Shown: positions 33,209 to 45,679 of the stretch, in pieces
Position numbering within the stretch: position 1 is the stretch's first letter
Layout of the letters: each line of letters begins with the position of its first letter
Assembly: GCA_977862235.1 (NCBI GenBank)
Contig: OZ374561.1
Span: 2,232,001-2,296,000 of the forward strand
Reading direction: 5' to 3'
Origin: Dudresnaya verticillata
Taxonomy: Eukaryota
Length of the DNA: 64,000 nt
The notes under the pieces: model-generated
What the model was told of the DNA's origin: nothing
What the model saw: only the letters and a program-made list of their open reading frames with translations
Databases searched by the model: none
Program-made: the position numbers and the translations under genes

Positions 33209-36200
33209 GGTTTTGGTTCAGGTGCCACTCATCTAGAGTGACGTACGAGGTAGGTAAAATCTTTCTACATGCCCCCATGCAGGCTGCACTCTGATCCATT
33301 GCAACTATTGAGGGAAGCGCCGCTCCGTAACATTCCTTAAACTTTCGAAAGAACCACTCGAATGTTTCCATGGTCTCATCTGAAAGAAACCCCATCATAG
33401 TAGTGAATACCTTTCCACAATTTGTTCTGCCATTCACTGTAACCAAATTCATAAGATACTCATTTCCTTTGTACTTGCAATCAAAGCCCACCTCCGGAAT
33501 GACTCCATATCTCAAGTAATTTGCTTTCCATTCGGAAAAGCACCAGACTATCGCATGGAGCCTAGCACTGTCCTCCATTCTTGTCACATGGCAGAAGGCC
33601 CCCAGGTCGTCATTTCGTATGTTCATCAAGTTGCGAACAAGACGCATCGCTGCTAAATCTTTGGGTCTGCCCTCCTCAGCATGCCGTGCCAATGGCCTCT
33701 GGATCCTCCTTTTTATCGCAAGTGAAGTTAAACTTGTCCTCCAGGTAGCGAATAACATCTTGGAAGGAAACGTAACACCGATTATACATGGAATCGGCCT
33801 CTTTGAAAATATGGGTTGGCAAGCGCAACTTCAACTTATTCGTTTCTGGTGCGTGTGAGTGGTCCGCTGCAGAAACATGACCATAATACCGACGGTAGGT
33901 TACCATAGAACCAGGGGCCTTTGTATTTTCCCTCCCCATACCCCCGGCTTGACCTGTCACCATTGTGCTCCGCACTGCCACTGAGAACTGGCATAATAAG
34001 CTTACTGCGCTCTTTCCCTTGTTTCTACCACAAGTGAAGACGCATATGTTAAGAACCCTAGAACTGCCTTCCGTTTCGTAGCGTGATCTTCTAACGACCG
34101 TGTCGAAACCGAAGCTTTCAGAAATGATTCGGATTCCATCGTAGACGTCCTGACCTGTAGTTACCGGTGGCAACGATTCGAAAAAGGGTTCAAGAGTGCA
34201 TCTCATATCTCTCGAAGGCGTAGACCAAGGGAGAATTGATACTGGTGGATGCGCCATTGGCACAGCAGCCAAAGTGTCTGACCCGCCCATGTCAGCCTTT
34301 GCTGTACCAGCAGAAACAGTACTGTCATCTTCCGAGGAGGGACGTACAGAGAATTCAATAGCCTCACGCTGATGTTCAGCTCCTCGCACGGAGTCGGTAA
34401 CATGAATAGATGCTGATGCCCCATGTAACACTATGGAGGAGCCAGTGGAAGGAACGGAGGTCCCTGTGGGAGGAGCCACTTCCCGGGCCGGGAGGTGATT
34501 CGGGGGTGATAGCAACTGGGCAAGAACTTTGTCCTTGTAAAATTCTGCCAGCTTACGCTTGTATGAATGTCTGCTGTTCCCAACCTCAGCGCTATGGTTG
34601 TGTTTACCGTGGACTTGTGGTGATTGGGCCAAATATCCCAGCCGTCTCCACTCTCTCGCAAATCGAGCACACGAACATTACCTCACAAGGAGGGTTTCCG
34701 CCCAGAGGTGATTGCCGTCTGAGCAGCGAAATCTCTCCTTGACCCCTTTCTTATTCTTCCGGACGTACTGTTTGGTGAAGAAAAACCCCATGTTCGCAAA
34801 CCGAGCTGCATACTCGGCACAGTTTTCTATGCGGCCGAGAAGGTGGAAAGTGACTTTCTTATCGGTCCTGCGCCGCGCTGACCGTTCATCTGGTGGGAGG
34901 AGGGCAGGGATGTAGATGGGGCCATGGGGGCAGCCGGAACAGCTGCTGCATCGTGAGGAGTCACCGTACACCGTTCTTTAGAATTACCGCTCTCTCTCTG
35001 AGGGGCGTGTCCCGGGCTGAATTTGTTGCCGCTGGTAACCGGACGTGGGGGTGTTCCTTTGAAGAGAACCTTTCCCACTTTATCACGCGTGCCCCCTGCA
35101 TCAGGAGGTGGGGTGTGGGGCCGGGCACGACTGCCGCTCTCTATCTGAGGGGCATTGGAGGCACTATCGCTGCTGGAGCTGGTGGAGTCATTTCTAGACT
35201 TGCCGGGCAGCGATGAGTTCGTACCATTGGGCATAATCCAAGGGTTACTCTCCCTTTTGTGCTTCAAACGCTGGAGACGTGAGTGCATCTCCTTCTTCCT
35301 ATGTTGCAAGATGGCTGGTATTGTTAACAATCTGGGTGGAGCCCGAAATTCCAACTCGCTCTCACTGCTACTATTGATGGGCGGAAGACAATCCAACGGG
35401 TTCTGAAGCTCTATTTACATTGTCCGAAAGCGTTTCGGTGACAGCAGTGGCCGATCCAATTCCCCCTCGCACTGAGCAATCTGCCCCGTTACAATCGGTG
35501 AATGTCTCGGACTGGGAAGACCAATAGAGAAGCGTTCCGGCGGACGCCTGTCATTTCTCTCATGCTTGCTATCGTGACCATCGCTGTCGGAGATCACAAA
35601 CTCTATTGGCTCGGGCTGATGTAATGCTTCACAGTGTATATATGTACCTTCCTCACGGTCTTCATCCGAATCTGTAACCAACACAACTGCCCTACTGAGC
35701 TGCCGGTCGGGGGCTGGCTGGGAAAACTTCCATCTTGTTGCAAGCTCTATGTAGAGCCTACTCTCAATCATACTCGGGTCGAACGTATCGTCATCCGCTA
35801 CACACAGATTCAAATGCGAAAAGATTGCGCGGACACATCCAGACAGGATTTTCTCGGTAAGAGCTGGTTTGTAGTGCGGGCGAAAGGCGTCAATGGGAAC
35901 ATCTTCAAAACGCCACGTTTCCCATGTTGAGCGAATCGGAATCAAGACGCAATAACATAAAAGCCACAGACGTGCGCATCCTGCTGCTTTCCGTACCCCA
36001 AAAAGGATCGACTTGTCATAAAATTGTTCCCAGGCGCAGAGAAAATAACCATTGGGTATAGAGTGTGGGAGATGCCTAACAGAAGTTCTGGAAGAGCCTT
36101 GGGAAGTCCGGAACGTGATAACATAGCCAAAATATCACCCCAGTACAGGACACCGTGCCCTGTAGACTCAGGGGTAGACTCGCTCGCAACAACATCTTCA

Positions 36201-36673
36201 AAAGTAATGTCTAGAAGTACCATGACGAAGTGAACATTCTGGCAGACGGGGAACACCACTTCGGAGCGCTTGTGAACGCTATGGCGAATAACGCTTCTGA
36301 TGAACTCGTTACATTTTTCTCTCCATGGCCATTCAGAATGGCATTCCAGAACTTTTGTCACTAGTACGACTGTAAATGCATGTCTAGTAATGCTCACTGT
36401 GGGCAGAAAACGCATTGCGTTCGAACCAATCTCAATCATGAATGTGCTCATCTTGCCAGGCTGGGTGAGGTCGAGCCATTCGCACGTTGAGGACAAGCTG
36501 CGATGTCGCCCTTTTGGAACCACCGCTTTATAGTACCTCAAAAATAATGCCTTGTCTTCCGGATCGGAGAAGCAACCGTCATTTTCCAAGCGCCGTAGAA
36601 TCATTGAGCGTCGTTCTTTCTCGCTCTGCCAAAGATTCATGGTGCAAGGCAGAGCTCTAGGCGGATACAACAA
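33209..36673 (-). pseudogene. Mutator-like (MULE) transposase polyprotein: Ulp1/C48-like protease, two FAR1/WRKY-GCM1-like zinc fingers and the MULE DDE domain; decayed and 3'-truncated
   Basis: HFVMVLLD and QQDAHVCGFYV (36673-35942). Two C..C..HxH fingers (34971-34600; 34100-33850). VGFDCKYKGNEYLMNL..SDETMETFEWFF..AMDQSAA..LDEWH (33758-33209). Segments are joined by single stops or frameshifts. Confidence 0.8.
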
Positions 36674-36823
36674 ATCGGTGTGAAGAGGGCTACCACAACG
36701 TTGAAGGCGAGGCGGTGTGCTCGGACGGATGGACAGACAGACAGATCGTCGGACAGCGGTGCAGGGAGAGGGTGCGAACGGGGTAAGGTGACACAGTGGG
36801 TATGGAGGTGGATAGGCGGGTGA

Positions 36824-36870
36824 GGATGCGGGGAGGGGGATGCGGGGAGGGGGATGCGGGGAGGGGGATG
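36824..36870 (+). repeat. Tandem repeat (GGATGCGGGGAGGG) x3 upstream of the MULE ORF
   Basis: Direct reading. Confidence 0.8.
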
Positions 36871-37474
36871 TGGGGGGCGGCCCCGGGCGGGTGTGTCCAT
36901 CGCCATCATGTGCTTGGGATCACGTGCGCGGATCAATGCGCACTTGCCTTTCAAATTTGAAGCAGTCCCTCTCATCTTTGTCACGTCACGCATGGCTAGC
37001 AGTCTCCGTGAGGGCCGGTCGCAACAGAGCCCTTTTTGCGTCGCATCCCCCCTCACGTTAAATTAACATCCATCGGAGCCGTGTTCGCCTCCGAGGAATT
37101 AAAGTGCGGCCGCGCGACGGCCGCCGCACGGGACATGCGTCGTGTCAAGGTGGCGCGCTACGTGAAACGCGATGGGCACTTGTCAGATATTTGTGTAGAC
37201 ATAATGCCGTTCTGGGATCCGGATCGTGCACAAAAGATGCAAAAGTTGCGCTCCCGAGGAGTTGGCTGCTTCGATAGGAAGGGAAGGGAAAGCACGAGTG
37301 TGCCGACGCAGCTGCAACTCCTAGCCACACCGCGCATCCGACCCAAGACAAAGACATCTCCCGCCGTGCCTTCTCTACAGGCTCGCGTTACCCCGTCTCC
37401 TATTCCATTTCTGCGCGTGTACAATCCGACTAACATCAACTTTAACCTTCTTCGTTTTTATTTTTCTATCCGCA

Positions 37475-39042
37475 ATGGCATCTTCGGATGAGGACATAAA
37501 GCCTGCCATAAGCCATCCCCTGCGCCCGAATCCCCGCTTCCTCGAAGATCGCCAAGATTCTCCCGCAAGCGATCGAGTGAAGAAGCTGAAGACAGCACAC
37601 TGCCCAACCGCGAATCAATAATCCGCCCCAACGCGCCGCTTACTGGTGGCCCTCAAGTTTTAGACGTGCAACATGGCTCAATCCCCAGTGCAAAGGATCC
37701 CACGCTTACGCACGTTTTTCAATGCCTCTCTGACTGCAACAAGACTGATACAAAATCTATTGCAAGGATCTGGAAGCGAAAGATTAGCGGTACCAAGCAG
37801 ATACTGGTCTACCGCCTCTATCGCTATTTCCACTACCAAGCCGAGGAGCTACATCGTGATATTGTGTCTGCTGTACTTTACAACAAGTACTTTCCGGACA
37901 ATAACGATCTTATAGAGCTTTGGAACCGAATTGAGGCTGAACTTACACTGCCACCGCCAGTCTTAGTAATTGCGTTCACATTAGAGAAGGTTGGCGACCT
38001 GGCTGAGAGCTCTTTTCAGCCTTCTCCGACGCCAATTCCTTCTTCAACACCGGAAAGTTCCCCCACTCTCACACCAACCGGACCACAGCAAGGACCTGGG
38101 CAGGGTGAGGAAATTGCCCTTATCACCGATAGCGCGAGCACACCTGACTTTTGTATTTCCGAATTTGCGCGATTGGTTGTTATTATTGGTGTGGATCCTA
38201 TTGCTAGAAGAGCATTATTCCTGCTATCGCAAGAGTTGAACCGGATGCAACTGGATGCAGGCATTTCCCGAGATGCCTTTTGGGCGACCATCGCAGATCG
38301 ATTCAGTGACACCACTTTACAGCCCTGTTTTTCTTTTTCTGGGTCAGTTGATGAAGCAGATCCATCTCTTCCACCGCTGGCTAATCGCAGTGCTGGGACA
38401 TTGAAATCCTAATTTCATCAAGCGCGTTCCAAGTTTACCATCTTCAAAGCAAGGTGGACGGTTTCAGGTAACAATGGCCCAGCTACATTCCCTAACTGTC
38501 TTGCACCTTCTAGTGGACAAAGAATGTCCGTTATGTCTGAGAGGGTCTGGATTTTATTTTATTGTTGCGCGTGTTGGTACGGCACATGAAGACAGCGAAT
38601 TTTTGCAGAGCTCATCTAAGGTGATGGCTCCTGGCATAGGCTATGAGGGAGGGATCGAAATTGGGGCGATGGGCGAGACTCTGCACAGGCACTTCCACAG
38701 TGCACAGGCACTTTCAACGATGATTTGTACGGAGAGATGCAGAACGCTGTGAGCGCTGTACGAGAAGTTGCTGATAACGAGGCAATTAGCATGCGGGTGT
38801 CGGGCCTTTCTGCTGATATCCAGAAAGAGGAGGACCTTGAGAAGCTCCTTGATATGTTGGTCAAGGCACAAGATCGGCTTGAGAAGATGAAGGAGAAAAC
38901 GCCTTCTGGTCTGCAGAATCAACTTGTGAAACTCGCAGACGATCGATACCAGCGAGTGATTCACAAGTACATGAAGCGAACAGCTACAACTACCGGAGAC
39001 ATTCCTGTCAACTCACCTGCCGGTTTGCATGCCCAAAAGTAA
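37475..39042 (+). pseudogene. Decayed SAP-like + Myb/SANT-like + coiled-coil protein, probably PIF/Harbinger ORF1
   Basis: LSDCNKTDTKSIARIWKRKISGTKQILVYRL (SAP-like). AFWATIADRF...LKS*FHQARSKFTIFKARWTVSG (Myb/SANT-like). C-terminal heptads. Convergent with the Harbinger transposase at 42988-43860. Confidence 0.5.
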
Positions 39043-40373
39043 TTAAACTGGTGCCCCTGTGACTAACTACTCGGCTTAACGTTTTCTGGTTCACTCCTGT
39101 GTTGTATTTTTTTGTGCTTGTTTGTGGTATGTGTTTGACTTTTCTGTTCTGTTCGGGTCAGTCTGTTTATGTCTTCTTCTATGCGCCGCGAGCCGCGCCA
39201 CCCGTCTCGGATGGTATTGCTTCCGCAGTCAACGTCTCTGCTCCTGTCATTGATGCGGAGCCCGCACGCCCCGAAGGGCTAGCCCAGCAGGGGCTCCTGC
39301 AATTTACCGTCCCGGTTAACGAGAGCGCTTCTGGTGCGCCGCTGCTTGAGTCTGGCGGATGCCTGATTGGCCTTCCTCTTCAGAGCATTGATGTCGAATT
39401 TCATCTGGTAGACGTTGTGGTACCGTCTGACCTGCAATGTTGGTGCGTTTTGGCGAGTTGTGCACAGCAGTACAAAGAGGCTAGGAGCTCAACTGCTACA
39501 GTATTTTCATGGCTGAAGAAGGACCTAACAGTCTTGTTCTCGAGGAGCTCGCGTCTGGTCACCGAATCGGAGTCGAGTAAGCTAGCTGTGGCACTAGCAT
39601 ATCAACTGATCAGCATCCTCGAGGACGGGGTGTTATCCTGGACTTACATTGGGATAAGAGGTTGCGCATTTCGAAAAGTCAGAAGCAGAAGGAGACACAT
39701 GCACTCAAGTGATCGCCCTGAGAAGTCTCCTTCGTACGAAGGAGACTACCACGTGGTATTTAGGAGCTTGGCGAGAGGGAGTGATGCTTCGAGTCTGATA
39801 GCAGGCTCGCCGTGGCACTTATTTCGTTTTAAAACTCTGTACTCTTTTTCGTGCACGATGAGACATGTCGCATAATGGAAGGCCAAATCCGCGACGTCTT
39901 CGGTAATGTTCAAGACGTCCTAGGAACAGCTGCTCTGTCAAGGTAGATGTTGCGAATGTACAGAACACAAGCAGCATTATTATGCCTGTCCCGCCGTTTG
40001 GAACACAAATATTCATTACGATCGCCGCGAAGAACATCTGCTGTTGTGCAGAGCTGCAATGGTATCGGCATGGCAGACGGTTGGATGCTTCGACTTGAAT
40101 TGAGGAAGGACAAACGTTTATTGAAAAAGCCAGTTTCATCTCAGCAGGCCGAAGACCGTACGGTTGTGGAGACATCAGACGAAATGGTGAGGACCATGGC
40201 ATTTCGAAATGGACATCGGATCCAAGCACCCATCCATTCGAAGCGCCTCTGCGCCTACAACTCCAAGTTTCTACTTCATGCGGGGAGAAAACTCGTACAA
40301 GGGCACATCATCTGCAGATTCATGCCTCTCCCATTTGCGCGCGTGCCCCATTTTCTCTCGAACTAACTCCCTT

Positions 40374-41269
40374 TCATGGCTTGTTTGTCTCGATTTGCTT
40401 CTTGATTTTGTCTTGGCGTGCCATTATCCCGTGCTTTCGTGAGCGCAAATGTTCACTCCACGGATCCAAGCCTGTGCAGGTGACCTTGCACAAGTCGCAA
40501 GTATACTGCTCGAATCCATGTGTGGGGATAGAAGGCAGCAAACCAATCTCACGGAGTTTACGACGACGGCGCGACATTCGCTTGCGAAGATAAGCCGGGG
40601 TGCCCGACGGAGCGAACCAACTATCTGCAGATTATAACAGTGTCTCGAAATGGTCAAGGCCTGTATCTGCAGGCGCCGCGTCTTCTAAACCAGCTTGGCT
40701 TTCGAAACTCCCACGCAGGCCCTGCCCCTGTGGCACGCCTGCTAGTAGAGTGAGTTCTTGTTCTTCTTTTTTGGACATCTGCGATTCTAATTCTTCCCCA
40801 CTAAGTTCTTTCTTCTTCTCGCGATTGTCATCTATTTGCGTCATTGTCCCAACGTCATTCTTAACATCGCCGGCTCGTCCGGCGGACTCGTTTAAGGACT
40901 CGGAGTCCTTTAAAATCGATCCGATCGAAGCGATCGGTGCTCGTGGGGCGTCGGAAAAGCGGGAGAATCTCGGTTCTCGCTTGACAGGCTTGAACCCGAA
41001 ATTGGTGGGTAATATGTTGGCTTACGGTTGGGCAGAGGATCCTTCTGACTTGTAAGCGCCCGTGGGCGTACGGCTTGTCGATTCTGGTGCACCGTAATAA
41101 CGTGAGCCCTTTCCCCCTTGATCCTTCAATGCAGCGCATGTGCTCAAGTTCGCGTCGGGCGATGCTGTGTCTTCTTCCGCGGGCAGGACTCCGGGCGCAT
41201 ACGAAGATCGCGACTTGCGGCGCCTTTTTCTTCGTTCGTTCCTGTCTACGGAGACAGGGGGGTTGACAT
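40374..41269 (-). pseudogene. Decayed ORF containing a U1/matrin-type C2H2 zinc finger
   Basis: YTCDLCKVTCTGLDPWSEHLRSRKH at the end of a frame broken by several stops. Confidence 0.5.
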
Positions 41270-42987
41270 TTTCGCGACGCGTTGAGAAGATAATGGGAAA
41301 ACGTCAGGAAATGGGTTATGATGTTGGCGAGGTGGTCTGGTGCCGGCTGGGACACCTAGCGATTTGGGGGTATTTCGACGGACTGGATCTATTGGACTTA
41401 GGCGATTTTTGAAGATCAATACCGGCACCGTCGCAAAGTTTTCGTACATTTTGACTACCATAGTGCCCCCCATTCGCCCATACTGTGTCATCAGCTTCCT
41501 CGACGGCTAGCGCAACGATCAAGGTGACCAAAGAAGGGATGTCCGCCGACGGCGCCGAGAGGGGGCAGCAGTCGCGGCGGTCGCGGCCCGCGTCCGGCGC
41601 TGGTGCGCGCGGCGGCCAGGAGGAGGTGGCGTGTGGAGCGGCCATGAACCCGTGGGTTTCAGTCGTATCGGTCTTTGAGATGCTAGTGGGTCGAACAGAC
41701 AGTTGAAAAGAGCACCATGCGAGGTTTTTACACATCTTAGGGCCTTTTGATGGGCACGAGAGTTGCTATTTGGATCATGCAGTAGATTGTGGGGGGCTAA
41801 CCCCGCAATTGCAACAATCCTTAACGTAATGAAACCGCGGAGGCGCCACCCTCCGGATGTCCGACAACGCGTTGTCAACTTGGGCCATTGGAATCTAGTG
41901 TTGGTGTTTATTCGTTGGTACACCTGCAAGTGCACTTTCTCCCATCACGCCCCTTGCCCTGTACAGGGTGACAACGCGTTGTCGCGGCTTCACAGCTCGA
42001 TGCGATAAAGCTGACATTACTTCCGTCTCCTGTCATCAATTGACATCCGCTCGAGTGGATCCACCTCCTCTATCCTCCGCAGCGCGACGCAATCCCGCAT
42101 GCCCCCAGATCAGATCTCACCTCGAGTTTATGTCGATGTCCTAACCCTCCCTCATCAGCGCCAATAAATTAGAAGTCTTGACGTCCTTATCCTTCAATAG
42201 TGCCTCGGCAAGATTGGCTGAAATCGACTCGAGTCGCCAAGCATCGAATTGCAATGAAAGCTCTAAGGCCCCTTCGTGCCGGCACGGTACTTCCCAGCCA
42301 CAAACAGGTTCGTGGCGATCTTACCGGTGCTAGGCCGACGGTTCGGACCGTACGCCGCCATATGCATTCATGTCGATCGACAAATATCGATCTTTAAGTA
42401 TCGATCTTCACCAAACGCATCACCTCGAGGTGTCGATCGTCCACGTCTCTCTCCGCCACTTCCTCCTTCACCAGAATCCGCGCATGGGACTCAGCAACTC
42501 GGACGAGCGACTCGAGCTGCCGAAGCGTTGCCGTAAAGCAGATACATGAAGGTCCACCTCCACGCATATCTAGATAACCGCTCACACCTGACTTACTTTC
42601 TTCGAGTACTCGACACGTGCTTTTAATTGAAAGAAGTTAACTGCTGTCCCACCTCCACCAGGTACCAGATAGGTACCGCAACATGTTAACACGAAATTGC
42701 ACGTCGACGTTCGGTATCCTCATGCCCGATATCGCATGCGATTCATCTCGATCGCAATATATCGTTGTATTGCGTACGCATCTCGGCACGCTTGAGCTGC
42801 AGCATCAGCGTATACGCGAGAAAATGTAAAGAATAGAGAAGGTTTTATATACTCACCTGTCAATACAAATCGACGACATCTGCTTACCTGCATGCATCTT
42901 TGCGTGGGAACGCCAAAGACTTCCCAAGGATCTAGTAACAACTGTTAGCTTAAGCTACAACGGGCGGTCGCTACAGTCTCCTATCCT

Positions 42988-43860
42988 TCACAACAGAAGC
43001 CATTTGGTCTCCCAATTTGGATAGCGTCGCGGCTCCTTTCCTAGCCTTTGTTGTTTCCTACTATCTGAACCCCTCACACGCCCCCGTTTCCGACTCTCAG
43101 CAATCTCCCTCACTTCCGCGGCATCCTCTTTCGCTAACATGTACCAATCCTCCGATTGCGAAAGTACGCGAACCACTTCCCCGTAGCTCGCGGCTCTAGG
43201 ATTTGACTTCCTTTGGCCAATTTCTTCGTCAATAACGAAGTTGTGCAACTTCATCGCTAGATAAATAACTCGACAGTCCACATCAACAGTAAACTCAAGC
43301 CTTTGTAATATCCTCCATTTCGCAACGAGCATCCCAACTCCTTGTTCAACGTGCATGCGAAGCGACGAGTGCCAAAAATTAAAAGCGTCTTCCCAGAACG
43401 TAGCCAAAGCCGCAGAAAATGGCGTTATTAGCCATTCTGCGCACATGTATGCTTCATCACCAGCTATCCAGAACCCGAGCTCTAGCAATCCGGAAGACAA
43501 AAATTGTCCGAGTTTAGAAACAGCGTGAGCAAGAGAGTCGTGAGTACTTCCAATGCATATCACAGAAAAAGATAAAAAGCGGTAGTTAGAATCAACTGTA
43601 GCCTGAACGGGCATGGCATAATAGGACTTTCTGCACCAATAAGCTGCAGGGCTAAGATCATTTTCTGGCTTCCTGATCTTAACAGCAATCCCATCAAGGG
43701 CCGCAACGCAACCCGAAAGCGGGCTGGCCGGCTTTCTAGACATCGTAAATGCCTCGGATGATTCCAGCAAGGCCCCCCTCGTAGTCGGTATTCCAGGCAG
43801 GTCTAAACAGCGATTGAGTGCAACGCAGGTGGAGTGGTATACCTTGTAGATTGTGGACTT
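42988..43860 (-). pseudogene. PIF/Harbinger transposase (DDE_Tnp_4), C-terminal part; N-terminus displaced by LTR insertions
   Basis: GCVAALDGIAVKI, YWCRKSYYAMPVQATVD, GSTHDS, IAGDEAY, LITPF, FNFWHSSLRMHVEQGVGMLVAKWRIL, LHNF. Confidence 0.9.
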
Positions 43861-44761
43861 TGTGGTGCAAGGGGGGTGAGCCCCTTTTTCGCTGAAAGCG
43901 GAGCAACAAATACGTCGACCGACGGAGAAACCGCCACCGGCGCTCACCACCGCCGTTGGCGCGCGAACACGTGATCGACGGCTCACTGGGGTGCGCGCGC
44001 ACGTTGCGCGTCGCGCGCCATACGGGCACTGTACAGTGATGGGCCGATATGGCGCCCCGGGGCACTGTAACACGGATCTAGACGGGATCCGGATCCAGTA
44101 TCCAGATTGGCTATCTGGATCGCCTGCGCTATAATGTACGCCCCTGTAAGGCTGCGAGTGCTCGCATTGCTGGCCCGGATCCGGATGGGGATCGGGATCA
44201 GACAAGTATCGGATTAGATCAAGGGCGCACGCTCTACAGTACACGCGCGTGCACAGCTGTAAGGCACACGCGTCTACGTGTGTGTAAGCGCCCACGCAGA
44301 AGGTTGCGCGGCAACCTCTCAGGCGCGCGGCTGCATACGGTGGGTGATCTGTCAGACGCGCCTCGGGACGACACGTGTCCCGAGTTCCCGCGCTACGCAC
44401 ACGCACCGCCGTCGCCGCACCACCGTTCTATACTTATGTAAGCCGTCCCAGACGTAGCAGTAAACGCCCGGGCAAGCCGGCGTTGGTCCAGACTTCCCCG
44501 TTCCGCACGCACGTACCCTACCGCTGCCTACGGCCTAAGCGTCTACCTCCCGTGCTTCCACGTTCATCACCGTCCTTGACGTGTTTCCTTTTTGTTCCCT
44601 TTTGTTCTTCCTTTCCGCCTCGGGCGTCTGCAGTCCACCAAAGGCGTGTCAACTGCTCTACCACAAGCCGCCCAAGGCGAGGCTACTCACCACCACGGGC
44701 GTCGCTACCCACCGAGCCCCGAACTGCTCGGCGGTGTTCCGTCCAGGACGTTTGCACCACA
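43861..44761 (+). mobile_element. Solo LTR (901 bp), family F
   Basis: Perfect 10-bp terminal IR TGTGGTGCAA...TTGCACCACA; flanked by GACTT at 43856-43860 and 44762-44766; homologous to 58972-59882. Confidence 0.92.
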
Positions 44762-44765
44762 GACT

Positions 44766-45608
44766 TGTGGTATAGACGCTATCCGCGAGACGACTCCGTG
44801 GTCTACGTGAAAATAATCGAGAAATACGAATTTCGAAGTGACTCCGTGAATGCGCACGCCACGATGGCAAACGTATTACAATGCGCATATTGTGCGCGCG
44901 CCACGATGGCATTCGCATTACAGCATGCACGTGATACGAAATCGCTGACACCTCCGGACGAATCCCGAGCTGACTTCGTGATCGCGCGCGCCACGATGGC
45001 ATTCGCATTACAGTGCGCCCCCGATACGAAATCGCTGACACCTTCGTGACTTTCCCGTTGTCTCCCGCGCGTAACGACACCGGGGCCCACGAGACACGCG
45101 CACCTCCGTATGCATCGCTGGCGCACTTCGTAACCGCCACCATACGTCAGGCGACCGTTCGTTGGCACCGAGGCCGTTACGAATCATTCGAGTACGAACC
45201 GTCTCCCGCGTTGACGTGTATTCGTGCTCACGTAGTATTACTTAGCCAGTCGTCTGGCACAACCTCCGAGAGTTTCCGGTAAGCGACTAGCGCCCGGACC
45301 TCGGAGTCTTCGGTAAACGCCTGTTTCTTCGAGTTCGGTGTCTTCGTCTTCGTGACCGCGGATACGGTCGAGCCTCGCTTTCGATAGCCCCGCGCACCCG
45401 GAGTCATCCCCGGTGATCTATCGCTCGAGTTCTCCCTTCCGCACACGAATAGGTTGACACCGTGGTCCTTCGTATTGGTCGCTCCGCTCTACCATGCTAC
45501 CACCCCTTTTCGTTTCTCCGCTAGGCTACGAGGCCATTCGTCAGGCTCCGAGACCATTCCTTTCAGTGCGAGACTTCCCCGCGTCAACGTGGACTTCGTT
45601 ATACCACA
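44766..45608 (+). repeat. 5' LTR of Gypsy element D (843 bp) with ~60-bp internal direct repeats
   Basis: TGTGGTATA...TATACCACA, followed by the PBS. The repeat GCGCGCGCCACGATGGCATTCGCATTACAG...GATACGAAATCGCTGACACCT occurs at ~44894 and ~44984. Confidence 0.85.
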
Positions 45609-45609
45609 C

Positions 45610-45627
45610 TGGTCTCCCGACCTAGAA
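45610..45627 (+). other. PBS TGGTCTCCCGACCTAGAA of element D
   Basis: 1 nt after the LTR-terminal CA. Confidence 0.88.
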
Positions 45628-45679
45628 GGTGGTCCCGAAGTTTCGCAATTATTTGTAATTCGTTTCTATCCGAGACACA

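Noticed and set aside
39099..39875. 258-aa plus-strand ORF
   Set aside because: Non-ATG start, no recognisable domain, begins in T-rich 3'-UTR-like sequence; probably a shadow of decayed minus-strand sequence
41737..42272. TTA-GGGCCTT ... AAGGCCC as possible Harbinger/Tourist TIRs
   Set aside because: Only 7 bp of inverted match and no matching 3-bp TSD on the right
43861..44406. N-terminal ~180 aa of the 472-aa ORF 42988-44406
   Set aside because: Fortuitous open frame through the solo LTR, not transposase
45610..45627. tRNA-like sequence
   Set aside because: Only the 18-nt complement of a tRNA 3' end (PBS); no cloverleaf
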